From contig JAJYLO010000001.1 of the NCBI GenBank assembly GCA_021787635.1, forward strand, positions 1-59,734: a stretch of DNA of 59,734 bases, given 5' to 3'. A program made the position numbers and the translations under genes. Below, one piece after another: positions 25,749-35,283 of this stretch; within the stretch, counting starts at the first letter, position 1, and each line of letters opens with the position of its first letter. The notes beneath the pieces are model-generated. The model was not told the origin of the DNA. It worked only from the letters and a program-made list of their open reading frames with translations, and did no database searches. Origin of the DNA: a bacterium (lineage in GTDB: Bacteria; Patescibacteriota; Microgenomatia; UBA1406; GWC2-37-13).

Positions 25749-26684
25749 TTATTCGGCCAAAGTGAGGGGATTTTTCTCCGCGACGATGAGAGATACTTGC
25801 CGGAGAGAAAGAGACCGGTTGCGGGCAATCACATGGGGATGTAAGAAGCGGCGAAGCAAATAGATGGTAATTAATGCCAATTCCGTGAGAATGATTACTT
25901 CCAACAGCCGGCTCTTGATCAGTGTGAATATAAGCAGAAAAAACTGGACAATCATCATCCACCAGGGCATAACCTGTAAATTAAGCTCAATGCTGTCCGG
26001 CGACAGTGATTGCTGCCAGTTGGCGCGGGCAAAAAGGCGGAATGTTTGGGCGCTGGCGGAGGGTAAAGATACGGAAAAATTGCCCTTGGCGTCGCTATGG
26101 GCGGCGAGGGAGGGAAAGCCGTAGGCCTCAACAGGCTTAACGATATTAAAATTAATTCCGCGTGAATTATTAGTGTTCATATAAACCGATAAATCTACGT
26201 CCGTATTGGGGACTGCTTGGCCCGACAAAACAATCTCGTCGCCGACATAATAATCACTACCGACGGACGGATTATTTAAAGAAACCGTCGGCGGCATAAT
26301 GACCGGACCGATCGTGGCATCGTATGATGTTGGAAACGGCGGCAGGCAAACCGGTGATGTTAGCCGGCCCAGCTGGTCCTGGGCGGTCAGGCAGGCGGCC
26401 CGCGGCGATTGGGGTGAGAAACGGTTCTTAAATTCAAAATAGCCCTTATCATCGGCTGTCGTCTGGTCGTATATCCCCAGGCCGTCAAACGTGATTAGTG
26501 CCCGAGGCGAACTATAGCCGTAAAGAGTAAAATGGTGATCGCCGACAAAAGCGCTGACAGTAACGTTTTGCTGAACTTCCTTGGCTATCGTCGGTGGTTG
26601 TTTTTCCAACCGGTAAGTAATCGCTTGAAAAATAATAACAATCGCTAAAAGAAGCCCGATAATTGCCAGCAGATGACGGTACAT
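25749..26684 (-). CDS. Membrane protein with two Ig/CarboxypepD_reg-like beta domains and C-terminal TM helices
   Basis: N-terminal TM; GYSSPRALITFDG..DDKGYFEF and LSGQAVPNTDVDLSVY..DAKGNFSVSL; hydrophobic C-terminus. Confidence 0.5.
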   Translation of the reverse strand: MYRHLLAIIGLLLAIVIIFQAITYRLEKQPPTIAKEVQQNVTVSAFVGDHHFTLYGYSSPRALITFDGLGIYDQTTADDKGYFEFKNRFSPQSPRAACLTAQDQLGRLTSPVCLPPFPTSYDATIGPVIMPPTVSLNNPSVGSDYYVGDEIVLSGQAVPNTDVDLSVYMNTNNSRGINFNIVKPVEAYGFPSLAAHSDAKGNFSVSLPSASAQTFRLFARANWQQSLSPDSIELNLQVMPWWMMIVQFFLLIFTLIKSRLLEVIILTELALITIYLLRRFLHPHVIARNRSLSLRQVSLIVAEKNPLTLAE

Positions 26685-26685
26685 T

Positions 26686-27699
26686 TTAATCCTTTCTCTT
26701 TTTCAATGCTTCCCGCAGTTTTTCGATTTCCGCTTTTTCCTCGGTAATTTCCTCTTCCAGGACCGATTCTTTTTTCATTAATTTAGTGTAGAAATTGCGG
26801 CCGAGGACAAACAGGATTACTAAGGTTAAAAGAACGACCAGCATGACGCGCCACGGCAACACCCAGACGTAGACTGTATCGGTCAGCCGTTGATTATTGC
26901 TGCCATAGCTGGCCAGAAGCGTAATTTTATACCGGCCGAACATCCATTTGTGGCCAAGCGATAACTCATAATTTTTTATTTTCCCCGGAAAAATCCGCCG
27001 ATCCGGCAAGTTCTGCTGGTCGACGTATGAACCGAAAAGATTGGTCAAAGTGGCGTATCCGGTGGGCGACAGATGAATATCGCCGTTATTGGCCAAATCG
27101 ATTGATAGAGGGATTGGTCCGTATTCCAGGAAGCTGGGGAAATTGACCTGGCTAAAGGACATGTTTTCATTACATTGCCGGCCTTGGGCGACAAAATTCA
27201 ACAAGGCGCCGATTTTGGTGGTGACGCTGGTGGCGGCTTCCTGGCCGGTACCCAAGCGTTTGATGGCCGCCGGATTTGGTTCATAATAAACCATAGCATA
27301 ATAACCACAGCTTGTCAGAACAGGCGGCGGGGTGATGTACATAGTTATTAGTACCGATTGTCTGGCCGGTATGGCGACATTGGTCGTGTCCGATAACGTG
27401 ATCCAGGAGGACGCCGAATATGTTGGCTTAAGAGTGGAATCTTCAATAATTTGTGTCGTTCCTTTTTTATCGGTGATGATAAAATCGGCGACTTTAACGG
27501 TACCGATCGCCAGCGAATCGGAATTATTGCGGAATTGGACCTGGGCGCGGGTTTTGACTCCGGGCGTGACTTTTATATCCTGGACGGCCGGAAAAACCGA
27601 ATAGGCGGCGGTATCCTGGGCAAAAGAGGGAATAGGGAGTAAAGCATAGAGAATAGCAAAAACAATAAAAGCGATAATGATAAATAATTTTTTCTTCAT
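26686..27699 (-). CDS. DUF916/CscA-like cell-surface protein (signal peptide, beta-sandwich part, C-terminal TM anchor plus charged tail)
   Basis: Signal peptide ..PIPSFAQD; YSVFPAVQDIKVTPGVKTRAQVQFRNNSDS..SWITLSD..GYYAMVYYEP; TM VMLVVLLTLVILFVLG; Lys/Glu tail. Paralog of 34284..35270. Confidence 0.5.
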   Translation of the reverse strand: MKKKLFIIIAFIVFAILYALLPIPSFAQDTAAYSVFPAVQDIKVTPGVKTRAQVQFRNNSDSLAIGTVKVADFIITDKKGTTQIIEDSTLKPTYSASSWITLSDTTNVAIPARQSVLITMYITPPPVLTSCGYYAMVYYEPNPAAIKRLGTGQEAATSVTTKIGALLNFVAQGRQCNENMSFSQVNFPSFLEYGPIPLSIDLANNGDIHLSPTGYATLTNLFGSYVDQQNLPDRRIFPGKIKNYELSLGHKWMFGRYKITLLASYGSNNQRLTDTVYVWVLPWRVMLVVLLTLVILFVLGRNFYTKLMKKESVLEEEITEEKAEIEKLREALKKRKD

Positions 27700-27753
27700 A
27701 TTTTTATATATTTTTTATTTCTAAGCCCTACATCCTATTCTCTAAACCCTATG

Positions 27754-29202
27754 TTAAAACGTCGGCGTCGCAATATACGTTAACTTATTCATATAATATC
27801 CGGCTTGCTGGACATTACTGACGGCCAATCCGTAACAAACATTGGTGGCGCTACCGCTGACCGGAGCGATGTTACGCATAATAATCTGGGCAGTGGTTGA
27901 ATCAAACGGCTTGGCCTGAAAAGTCATGCTGGCGCCATTGTTGTAAGTAAAACTGGCGTCGGTGCCAGAGCTGTTGGCCAGGGAATAACCGAAACCGGAA
28001 GCGGTATAAGTACGCCAATCGGCCGGCGTTGTTACGCTGCACGAGTTATCCGGACAAGTGGTGTTGGCCAGGTTAGTTGTTCCTAAACCGCCGATGGACA
28101 ATGCGCCGTTTTCCTGGGCAGTAACGACATAACCGTTGGCAGCATTGGTATTGACCGTCAGTAGTTGTGCCAGGGTATAAAAAGTGCCAGATGTTACTGC
28201 TCCATAGGGGACAGTCGTCGCTGTCGTGGTCTGACTGGTAGTCTTGCCGCAGACACTCGTGCTGGACAAAACGCCGGCAATACTAAACGTCAGGTAATTT
28301 TGGACGGTGGCCGATACCAAGACACCTTCGACCGGAGCAGTAGCAATAGTTGCCGAATCTACAATATTGCTGCAGGTATTATTGGTATATGCATCGGTGC
28401 ATTCATTAACTGTTTCCGCATAGATATCGGCCGCGCCGGTGGTATGGCCGGAGGTAACCGGAGCCGGATTGATTAATTTATTAGTGCCGCCGATGGTGAT
28501 GGTGACGGTTGTGCCGGAAGCTAATGTGCCCGATCCGGAACATTTGGCGATGTGATAATTACCGCCGGCAGTTTGAGAGTTGACAAAATATGGTGTCCAG
28601 GTGGGGCCGGTGCCGGAACAGATAACATCGCTATTGCCCATTGCCCCGGCATCAAAACCGGAAGTACCGGCAGTGGCCGACGTGCCGTAATCGGGAAAAC
28701 CGTCATGGGAAGTGGCTCCCGAACCGACGGCCGGAATCAGGACCTGAATATACGGATTGTTAACGGTCGTTGCTGTTGTGAAAACAACCGTATGTGTCGC
28801 TGATTGGCTGGCGATCACCGGATCACCGTCCATCGTTGAACCTAAGGCTGTAGTTAGATTAACGGTCGTACCGTTATAGGTCGGAATGGAAGAAACGGTG
28901 TAATTGGTGGTACCGACACAACCGTTAGGAGCGGTGAGCGAGTCGCCGAAACAAATCGTATCACGGGGGAAAAGATTAACAGTGGTTGAGTCTGATTGGC
29001 CCGATGTGATTGTGAAAGTATTGGCGCCTGATGCTCCAGCGGAAACCTTTGAGCGAAAAGACAAGCGTGAATTAGAAAGAGTATCTTTTGCACTGGTCAA
29101 TGTGCCGGCATGGACGGCTAACTGTTTTGGTAACTGGACTAAAAATAAGTAAGAAATTTGCCAAACGGCAAAAAGAATGACAATCATTTTCTTCATATAC
29201 AT
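27754..29202 (-). CDS. Secreted Thr/Ser/Gly-rich surface protein with a WxL-like C-terminal motif
   Basis: Signal peptide, low-complexity T/S/G/A/N composition, C-terminus AGYYMNKLTYIATPTF. Paralogous ending to 35375..36115. Confidence 0.5.
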   Translation of the reverse strand: MYMKKMIVILFAVWQISYLFLVQLPKQLAVHAGTLTSAKDTLSNSRLSFRSKVSAGASGANTFTITSGQSDSTTVNLFPRDTICFGDSLTAPNGCVGTTNYTVSSIPTYNGTTVNLTTALGSTMDGDPVIASQSATHTVVFTTATTVNNPYIQVLIPAVGSGATSHDGFPDYGTSATAGTSGFDAGAMGNSDVICSGTGPTWTPYFVNSQTAGGNYHIAKCSGSGTLASGTTVTITIGGTNKLINPAPVTSGHTTGAADIYAETVNECTDAYTNNTCSNIVDSATIATAPVEGVLVSATVQNYLTFSIAGVLSSTSVCGKTTSQTTTATTVPYGAVTSGTFYTLAQLLTVNTNAANGYVVTAQENGALSIGGLGTTNLANTTCPDNSCSVTTPADWRTYTASGFGYSLANSSGTDASFTYNNGASMTFQAKPFDSTTAQIIMRNIAPVSGSATNVCYGLAVSNVQQAGYYMNKLTYIATPTF

Positions 29203-29256
29203 ATAATAAAAATGTAATTGTTATGTATGAATTTGTCAAGTGATATAATCTTTGTT

Positions 29257-30867
29257 ATGCGGAAACGGTTTTTATTTTTAGGAATCATTATTTTGATTGC
29301 CTATCACAACGCAATATTTGGTCAATTCATTAGTGACGACAAGAGTTTGCCGGCCGTCATGAATCATTTTGGCGACTGGAAATACATGTTTGTTCACAAC
29401 ATGTCAATTATCTCCACCGGGCTAAGTTATCTCATTTATCGAATTAACGGCTGGCAGCCGTTTTATTTTCATGTTGTTAATATTATTTTACACATAATTA
29501 ACGTTTGGCTAGTTTATGTTTTGGTAAAGGAATTGTGTCATTGCGGGGGAGCGGGGCGACCGAAGCAATCTGTCCCCATCGCTTTTATGACGGCCGCTAT
29601 TTTTGCCATTCACCCAATTTTAACCGAAGCCGTTAGCTGGGTCTCCGGCCAAAGTTATCTTTTATATACAATATTTATATTATTATCATTATTACTATTT
29701 ATCAAAAAGCGCTATTGGCTGTCGCTGGTAATTTTTATTTTAGCATTATTATCATCAGTTAAAGCAGTTATTCTTCCGTTGATTCTTATTGTATATTGTT
29801 GGAGTTTTGCCCGAAAAAAGTTGAGATATGTCATTCCGTTTGCGGCAGTTGTTTTAATTCCCTTATTAATAATAATTGTTCCCAATATCGGGCCGCGGAT
29901 GATCCAGTCACAGGCAAAACCGGATTTCATTATGCCGTTCGTTTCGTTTGCTACCTATATCCGGTTATTGTTCTGGCCGGATAATCTGACATTTTTTCAC
30001 GTCAATCCATTAACGACTGGGGATTATATTTTCAGTTTCAGCGCGGCGGGTTTATATTTATTAGTTTTACTTTATTTTTGGCGAAAAGATAAAATTGTTT
30101 TTTTCTGGCTGATGTTTTTTTTGATCGGCCTGCTGCCGGTGATTACGCCGTTGCCGATCGCGTCGTTTGTCGCCGAAAGGTATGTTTATTTGGCGGCGAT
30201 CGGGATGTTTTATGTATTGGCGAGAATATTGTTGTGGATCGATGTTCTACTGACTCGGCGACACGATTTTTCTCACCTTATCAGTATATTTAGTTTTACC
30301 CTTATTATTGTTTTATTAATGATCCGGACAATCGAGCGCAATAACGATTGGCAAACTAATTATTCGTTTTGGCGGGCGACGGCCATTTCAACACCATTCA
30401 GTTTCCAGGCCCACGACAGTTATGGCATGGCCCTTGTTGATAAAAAACTTTATTCCGATGCGATTGCCGAATTGACCAAGGCGCTGATTTTAAAACCGGA
30501 TTATGCTCTCGGCCACCAAAATCTGGCTTATGCTTACCAGTTAAGCGGCCGATTAAGCGAAGCGATTAATGAGTACAACCGCGCTTTATACCTTTACCAA
30601 TCAGTCGCGACATCTACGGACAACATCAGTAAAATATACCAGGATCTTGGCGGCGCTTATTTGTCGTTGGAACAATATGACAATGCTTTAGTCTATGCCC
30701 AAAAAGCGTTGAGGCTTGAACCGGCCAATGCTGATTTGATGACAAATGTCGGGATCGTGTATTTTAAGTTGGGAAATAAAGAAAACGCTCGTAAATATTT
30801 TACTGCCGCAATAAAAATGATACCAAATTTTTCCAAGGCGAACTACTGGCTACAACAATTAAAATAA
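29257..30867 (+). CDS. TMTC/PMT-like polytopic membrane protein with C-terminal TPR repeats (putative protein O-glycosyl/mannosyl transferase)
   Basis: The track ORF starts at TTG 29218; ATG 29257 (MRKRFLFLGIIILIAYHNAIFGQFISDD) fits better. About 10 TMs, then TPRs (AHDSYGMALVDKKLYSDAIAELTKAL, GHQNLAYAYQLSGRLSEAINEY..). Confidence 0.65.
   Translation: MRKRFLFLGIIILIAYHNAIFGQFISDDKSLPAVMNHFGDWKYMFVHNMSIISTGLSYLIYRINGWQPFYFHVVNIILHIINVWLVYVLVKELCHCGGAGRPKQSVPIAFMTAAIFAIHPILTEAVSWVSGQSYLLYTIFILLSLLLFIKKRYWLSLVIFILALLSSVKAVILPLILIVYCWSFARKKLRYVIPFAAVVLIPLLIIIVPNIGPRMIQSQAKPDFIMPFVSFATYIRLLFWPDNLTFFHVNPLTTGDYIFSFSAAGLYLLVLLYFWRKDKIVFFWLMFFLIGLLPVITPLPIASFVAERYVYLAAIGMFYVLARILLWIDVLLTRRHDFSHLISIFSFTLIIVLLMIRTIERNNDWQTNYSFWRATAISTPFSFQAHDSYGMALVDKKLYSDAIAELTKALILKPDYALGHQNLAYAYQLSGRLSEAINEYNRALYLYQSVATSTDNISKIYQDLGGAYLSLEQYDNALVYAQKALRLEPANADLMTNVGIVYFKLGNKENARKYFTAAIKMIPNFSKANYWLQQLK
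29537..29570. repeat. Short hairpin element (family 'cattgcg..gcgac.gaagcaa'), in frame in the TPR membrane protein gene
   Basis: gtcattgcgggggagcggggcgaccgaagcaatc encodes CHCGGAGRPKQS. Related copy at 53813-53845. Confidence 0.65.
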
Positions 30868-30875
30868 ATATCCTC

Positions 30876-30904
30876 TTGACAGATTTTTTTTCGTCTGTTA
30901 CAGT
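30876..30904 (+). promoter_or_regulatory. Promoter TTGACA-17-TACAGT, 9 nt before ATG 30914
   Basis: cctcttgaca gattttttttcgtctgt tacagt gtagcttat ATG. Near-duplicate architecture at 43910. Confidence 0.55.
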
Positions 30905-30913
30905 GTAGCTTAT

Positions 30914-31648
30914 ATGGGGATCAAGGAACGACGAACGAAAATTTTGCTTATTTTATTCTTATTATCGGACGTAAGTTTTAATTTCACTTCGTTTGACGAA
31001 AAAGTTCAAAAAGCGTTTGACATTGCTTTAAATGAAAAAACCAGAGGGACGTTGTCCGGATTACTGCGCGAAGGGTTAATCGAAAAATCCGAAACAAACC
31101 AATATAAACTGACCCCAACCGGTTTAGCTGAACTTTTCCTTCAGTTTCCTTTTTTCCGGTTCCTGACGGAAAACTGGGATAAAAAATGGCGGATTATCTC
31201 TTATGAAATTCCTGAGAAAAAACGGGAACTGCGCGACCGGTTACGCCGGGAAATGCAGGGGTGGGGGCTTGGTCCCTGGCACCGTTCTTTTTGGATAACT
31301 CCGCACCCGATTATCGAAACATTACGTCAGTTAGTTTCTCAAAAAGAAGAGGAGCAATACGTCCAGGCGTTTGAGGCGGATCATGTTTTTGGCGGACGGG
31401 AAATTTTAATTGAGAAAGTTTGGGGAAAATCGCTTTTGGATAAAAAATACCGTGAACTTTTCAAAAAATGGCACGATGTTTTGTCCGGGGAAGAGGATAA
31501 AATGGAGAAGCTAAAAAAAGTCGTTAACGCTTATGTGGAGATGCTTAAAACCGATCCTGGGTTGCCCAAAGAATTGTTGGGTGAGCAGTGGATCGGGTAT
31601 GAGGGGTTTAATATCTTCAAGGAGATAAGGGGCATATTACTAGCGTAA
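30914..31648 (+). CDS. PaaX-like winged-helix transcriptional regulator
   Basis: wHTH-like N-part. WDKKWRIISYEIPEKKRELRDRLRREMQGWGLGPWHRSFWITPH matches the PaaX middle-domain pattern. Confidence 0.6.
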   Translation: MGIKERRTKILLILFLLSDVSFNFTSFDEKVQKAFDIALNEKTRGTLSGLLREGLIEKSETNQYKLTPTGLAELFLQFPFFRFLTENWDKKWRIISYEIPEKKRELRDRLRREMQGWGLGPWHRSFWITPHPIIETLRQLVSQKEEEQYVQAFEADHVFGGREILIEKVWGKSLLDKKYRELFKKWHDVLSGEEDKMEKLKKVVNAYVEMLKTDPGLPKELLGEQWIGYEGFNIFKEIRGILLA

Positions 31649-32524
31649 TTTGTATATAATATCTCCTTCAAGATCGGTTCGTCGAATTTTAATATGTAAG
31701 GCTTCCAGCGCCTGTAAAACTTCACCCGCCGGGTGGCCGTAACTGTTTTTAGCGCCGACACTTATCACTGCTAGCTTAGGATCTGCTAATTCCAAAAATT
31801 TCCGGTTTAGTCCATTTTTTGAGCCGTGATGGGGAATTTTTAAAATATCAATATGAGAAATGTATTGCGGAGACAATCTATCCAATACTTCAGCCGAAGC
31901 ATCGCCCGTAAATAGGATCCGTTGACCATTTTCTTCCAAAGACAATATCAGGGAAAAATTATTGTCGTTGACGGTGCCTTCTCCAAGGATATCGGATAGA
32001 TTGTTGCGATGGTGGGCAAAGATGATGTTTTGGTCGATGTACTGGCGAGTGGGCCAATAAAAATCCAAGCGGTCGCCGGTAATCGCAATATCCAAACCGG
32101 CTTGACCGGCGGTAACCGGCACTTTTTTAGCGACGAGCATTTGTTTAATTTGCTCGAAAATAACCGATGGGTCATCCAGCGGGCCAACGATCAGCCGGTC
32201 GATGGTATACCGGTCGAGGATAAAACGCAAACCGCCGACATGGTCTTTTTGCGAATGACTGATGACGGCCAGTTCGATTGTCCGGTCGTAAAACGGCATG
32301 TAGCGGCCAAGGCAGTCGAGGACTTTTTTGTCCGGACCGGCATCGACAAGAACGTCGATTTTATTCTTAATTCGGATATAAGCTGCATCGCCTTGACCGA
32401 CATCGCAAAACACGACGGTCGTACGATTATCAAAAAGTTGCCGGCAAAGAAGGGCCAGAATAATGAGAAATGAAAAAATAGCAGCATAGACAAGACTCTT
32501 TTTTGTGATTGGATTAATGTCCAT
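31640..32524 (-). CDS. comEC: ComEC/Rec2 C-terminal metallo-beta-lactamase domain protein
   Basis: VVFCDVGQGDAAYI..VDAGPD..ISHSQKDHVGGL..TGDA..IPHHGSKN. N-terminal TM. Confidence 0.85.
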   Translation of the reverse strand: MDINPITKKSLVYAAIFSFLIILALLCRQLFDNRTTVVFCDVGQGDAAYIRIKNKIDVLVDAGPDKKVLDCLGRYMPFYDRTIELAVISHSQKDHVGGLRFILDRYTIDRLIVGPLDDPSVIFEQIKQMLVAKKVPVTAGQAGLDIAITGDRLDFYWPTRQYIDQNIIFAHHRNNLSDILGEGTVNDNNFSLILSLEENGQRILFTGDASAEVLDRLSPQYISHIDILKIPHHGSKNGLNRKFLELADPKLAVISVGAKNSYGHPAGEVLQALEALHIKIRRTDLEGDIIYKLR

Positions 32525-32533
32525 TGGTGATGT

Positions 32534-33310
32534 CTAAAAAGAAATTGAAGCAAAAGGTATTTTTGCCAGCCATTGGACGACAATGACCATGCAGCTTAAA
32601 AGACCATAGGAGATGTAGGCGGGAAGAAGACCAAGAGCGAAATGGATCTTACCCAAAATCGCCGTTAAAAAACCAAAAATCATGAGCGGTGGAATAACCG
32701 GAGCAATTAAGAGATTGGCGAGCGGTGAAATAAGAGAAATTTGCCGGAAATAGTGGAGGATAATCGGAACCGTTAGGACTTGTGCCGCCAGAGTAATTTT
32801 TAATTCCTTCCACAATTCACTGGTGGACTTGGTTTGGCCAAAAAGAATAATTCCCAGGGTGGCTCCGTATGACAGTTGGAAGGAAATTGTGGATAGCCAC
32901 TGGGGCCAAAAAATGGCGATAAAAATTCCGGATAAAAACAAGGAATAAAGAGCGATATCTTTGCGGCCGAATAACATAGCGACGAGCGTGAAAATTCCCA
33001 TTAGGCCAGCTCGGATAATTGAGGCTTGCGGTCCGACAAATAAGATAAATAAAATGATAGTTAGTATAGTTAGCAAAACAGATATAGATTTGCTAAAAAA
33101 ACGGGTTACTGTACCGATAATAGTGGCTAAAATGGTAATATTCATACCGGAAAGTACGACGATATGGAGTAATCCAACAATCCGCAGCTGATCGTAAAAC
33201 AGCCGGCTGGTTTTAAGAGGAGTGCCGAAGATTATACCGTTAAGGAGGGAGGCGTGCGGTTCAGGGAGATAGCCGTTGATGACGGTGGTAAAAATAGAGG
33301 GTGTAGCCAT
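32534..33310 (-). CDS. comEC: ComEC/Rec2 'Competence' integral-membrane channel domain protein
   Basis: LLNGIIFGTPLKTS..LRIVGLLHIVVLSGMNITIL. In the same frame as the MBL ORF, separated by TAG plus 3 codons. Confidence 0.85.
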   Translation of the reverse strand: MATPSIFTTVINGYLPEPHASLLNGIIFGTPLKTSRLFYDQLRIVGLLHIVVLSGMNITILATIIGTVTRFFSKSISVLLTILTIILFILFVGPQASIIRAGLMGIFTLVAMLFGRKDIALYSLFLSGIFIAIFWPQWLSTISFQLSYGATLGIILFGQTKSTSELWKELKITLAAQVLTVPIILHYFRQISLISPLANLLIAPVIPPLMIFGFLTAILGKIHFALGLLPAYISYGLLSCMVIVVQWLAKIPFASISF

Positions 33311-33313
33311 AGT

Positions 33314-33937
33314 TTATAAGCTTATCAATTCCTTAATTTGTTCATACACGTTTTTATTCACGATTTTTTTATTCAACAGCTCTTCGACCGATCCGTAAGG
33401 GCGGTTTTGGATAATTTTTTGGGCCGTTGTTGAGCCTATACCCGGTAAACCGTCGAGTTCTTGGACAGTCGCCTGGTTAAGATTGACTGCTGTCGGTTGG
33501 TTTTGATTGTCGGGATTGGTATGTGTATCCGTCACGGACGGGATATATATCTTTTCCTGGTCGGCGACGATTTTGGCCAGGTTGAAATTGCGGTGAAAAT
33601 AATTCAAATCGGCCTCGGCTGATAAGCCGTCAGCCAGATCGATAATATCCTTGAGGCGGGCGGAGGAGGTGACTTCGTACACGTTGGGTTTATTGACCGC
33701 GCCGGCCACGTCGACCATGATGCCGTTATTTTTGGTGGCAGCAGTTGCTTCTTCGATTGAGACGGACATCCGGCTATTTAAGCTCTGAAAAAAGATTATA
33801 CCGGCGGTAAAGGCGGCAGTTAACGCTATTGCCGCCAGTGCCAATTCTATCTTGTATTTTTGGAAAGGTTTAACTAGCGGTAGAAAAGATTCTAGAAAGC
33901 CGGACATAGTTACAATGTAGCAATGTTGTATTTTCAT
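33314..33937 (-). CDS. comEA: ComEA DNA-binding competence protein (SLBB + helix-hairpin-helix)
   Basis: N-terminal TM; VNLNQATVQELDGLPGIGSTTAQKIIQNRPYGSVEEL. Confidence 0.85.
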   Translation of the reverse strand: MKIQHCYIVTMSGFLESFLPLVKPFQKYKIELALAAIALTAAFTAGIIFFQSLNSRMSVSIEEATAATKNNGIMVDVAGAVNKPNVYEVTSSARLKDIIDLADGLSAEADLNYFHRNFNLAKIVADQEKIYIPSVTDTHTNPDNQNQPTAVNLNQATVQELDGLPGIGSTTAQKIIQNRPYGSVEELLNKKIVNKNVYEQIKELISL

Positions 33938-33989
33938 GTCAATGGACTATAATCTACAAAATAGCACTAATAGGAACTTCTGACAATCT

Positions 33990-34169
33990 ATGAAAAAGCA
34001 ATTACCTACCTTAAAATTAGAAGCCGAACTATAGGATAATGAACGGCTGGTAATCGGTATTGGCGATGTAGGTCGTGGGGCTCTAGCAGGCCTCATCACC
34101 GCCGGAGCAGTCTGTTTCTTTCCGCCGGTTTCTTCGCTTTCTTTATTAAATCTAGGGATTAATGATTCC
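33990..34169 (+). pseudogene. rnhB: Truncated RNase HII remnant
   Basis: My translation gives MKKQLPTLKLEAEL*DNERLVIGIGDVGRGALAGLITAGAVCFFP..LGINDS. It parallels the RNase HII N-terminus (..[24 protein letters not shown].DSKKL), but DE is replaced by GD and there is an in-frame TAG at 34032-34034. Homology is lost after ~55 aa, where a convergent gene begins. Confidence 0.5.
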
Positions 34170-34283
34170 AACTATCCAGACAGTATACTTGTTACTGCCG
34201 GCAGGAAAATAAGGGTTATGGGACGAAAAAACACATTGAGGCAATCAGAAAATACGGGAAGACGAAACTGCATAGAGAGTTAT

Positions 34284-35270
34284 TTATTCGTCATTTCTCA
34301 ACCGGCGGATAACAATAACGGCGATAATCAAAGCGGCCAAAACGGCAACAGTAAATTTAATCGGCAGGGCGATAAACGCGGTCGAGGCAAAAATCTGCGG
34401 TGAATTTTCGCCGAAGTTGACAGCGGTGTTGAGGTGATATTGGCCGATAAAAAAGCCGGATAAAACGAGCGATGTAGGAGTTACGCATGCTTCACTCCTG
34501 CACGTTAATTCCGCCGATGGCGTCGCTGTCATTAGCCGTTGCGATCCGGCCAAAACATTTTGCGGCACAATGTCGTAATTGGCCGTTTCTCCGAAGTTGC
34601 CGCGTAAAGTAATTTTACCCTGCGGCGTAAACAGATTTCGGCCTAAATTCCGGACATATAATACGACCGGAATTTTATCAGTGCTGTCAACTAACCGAAC
34701 CGGATTACCAAATAAATTAAACCGGAAACGGGAAATGACATCAAAAAGCGCTATTTTGCTTTTGACATCGACGGCGCCGCTGTCAGTAACGGTTATTAGG
34801 ATATTGCTGCCGATTGAGGCTTTTGTTCTGGCCGAACCGATTCCTTCGGTGGCCGGCGGCGGCGATGTTTCAGCGAGCAACGTGTAGTAATAGTCGCCGT
34901 TAGGTGTCCCGTCGGGAACCCGGATATGGAGAAGTAATTGCACCGAGTCGCCGGTTTTCATAAAAAAAGGCTTATCCATTTCCAAATCGGCATTGTCCAA
35001 ACTGAAACGGATCGGCCCGGAGAATTCGGTGTCTATATGGACGTCGCCAAAATTATCTTTCGCCGAAAATGGCCGGACTTTAGCGGTAATAATCGTTGGA
35101 TCGCCCTGGTTGATCAGCCGGTAGGCAATCATAATCGACTTGCCGGGTTTAATGATTGTTCGCAGTAAGGGAGGGGAGATAGCGAGATCGACCTGCTGGG
35201 CTTTTACCGTTAACGGCAACGTGACCAATAATGTTAGGATTCCGATGATAGTTAAGAGTTTGTTTTTCAT
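34284..35270 (-). CDS. DUF916/CscA-like cell-surface protein (paralog of 26686..27699)
   Basis: Signal peptide ..TVKAQQ; VDLAISPPLLRTIIKPGKSIMIAYRLINQGD..GDYYYTLLAE; C-terminal TM FTVAVLAALIIAVIVI plus RRLRNDE. Confidence 0.5.
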   Translation of the reverse strand: MKNKLLTIIGILTLLVTLPLTVKAQQVDLAISPPLLRTIIKPGKSIMIAYRLINQGDPTIITAKVRPFSAKDNFGDVHIDTEFSGPIRFSLDNADLEMDKPFFMKTGDSVQLLLHIRVPDGTPNGDYYYTLLAETSPPPATEGIGSARTKASIGSNILITVTDSGAVDVKSKIALFDVISRFRFNLFGNPVRLVDSTDKIPVVLYVRNLGRNLFTPQGKITLRGNFGETANYDIVPQNVLAGSQRLMTATPSAELTCRSEACVTPTSLVLSGFFIGQYHLNTAVNFGENSPQIFASTAFIALPIKFTVAVLAALIIAVIVIRRLRNDE

Positions 35271-35283
35271 ATTTATACACCGA

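Noticed and set aside
32534-34034. Stop-codon reassignment (two in-frame TAGs in comEC and the rnhB remnant; TGA recoding as in some CPR lineages)
   Set aside because: TAG ends well-delimited genes (11190-13352, the giant gene, the comEC MBL part, which has TAG followed by TAA). TGA ends the dehydrogenase, GT2 and methyltransferase genes. All conserved genes are intact under the standard code.
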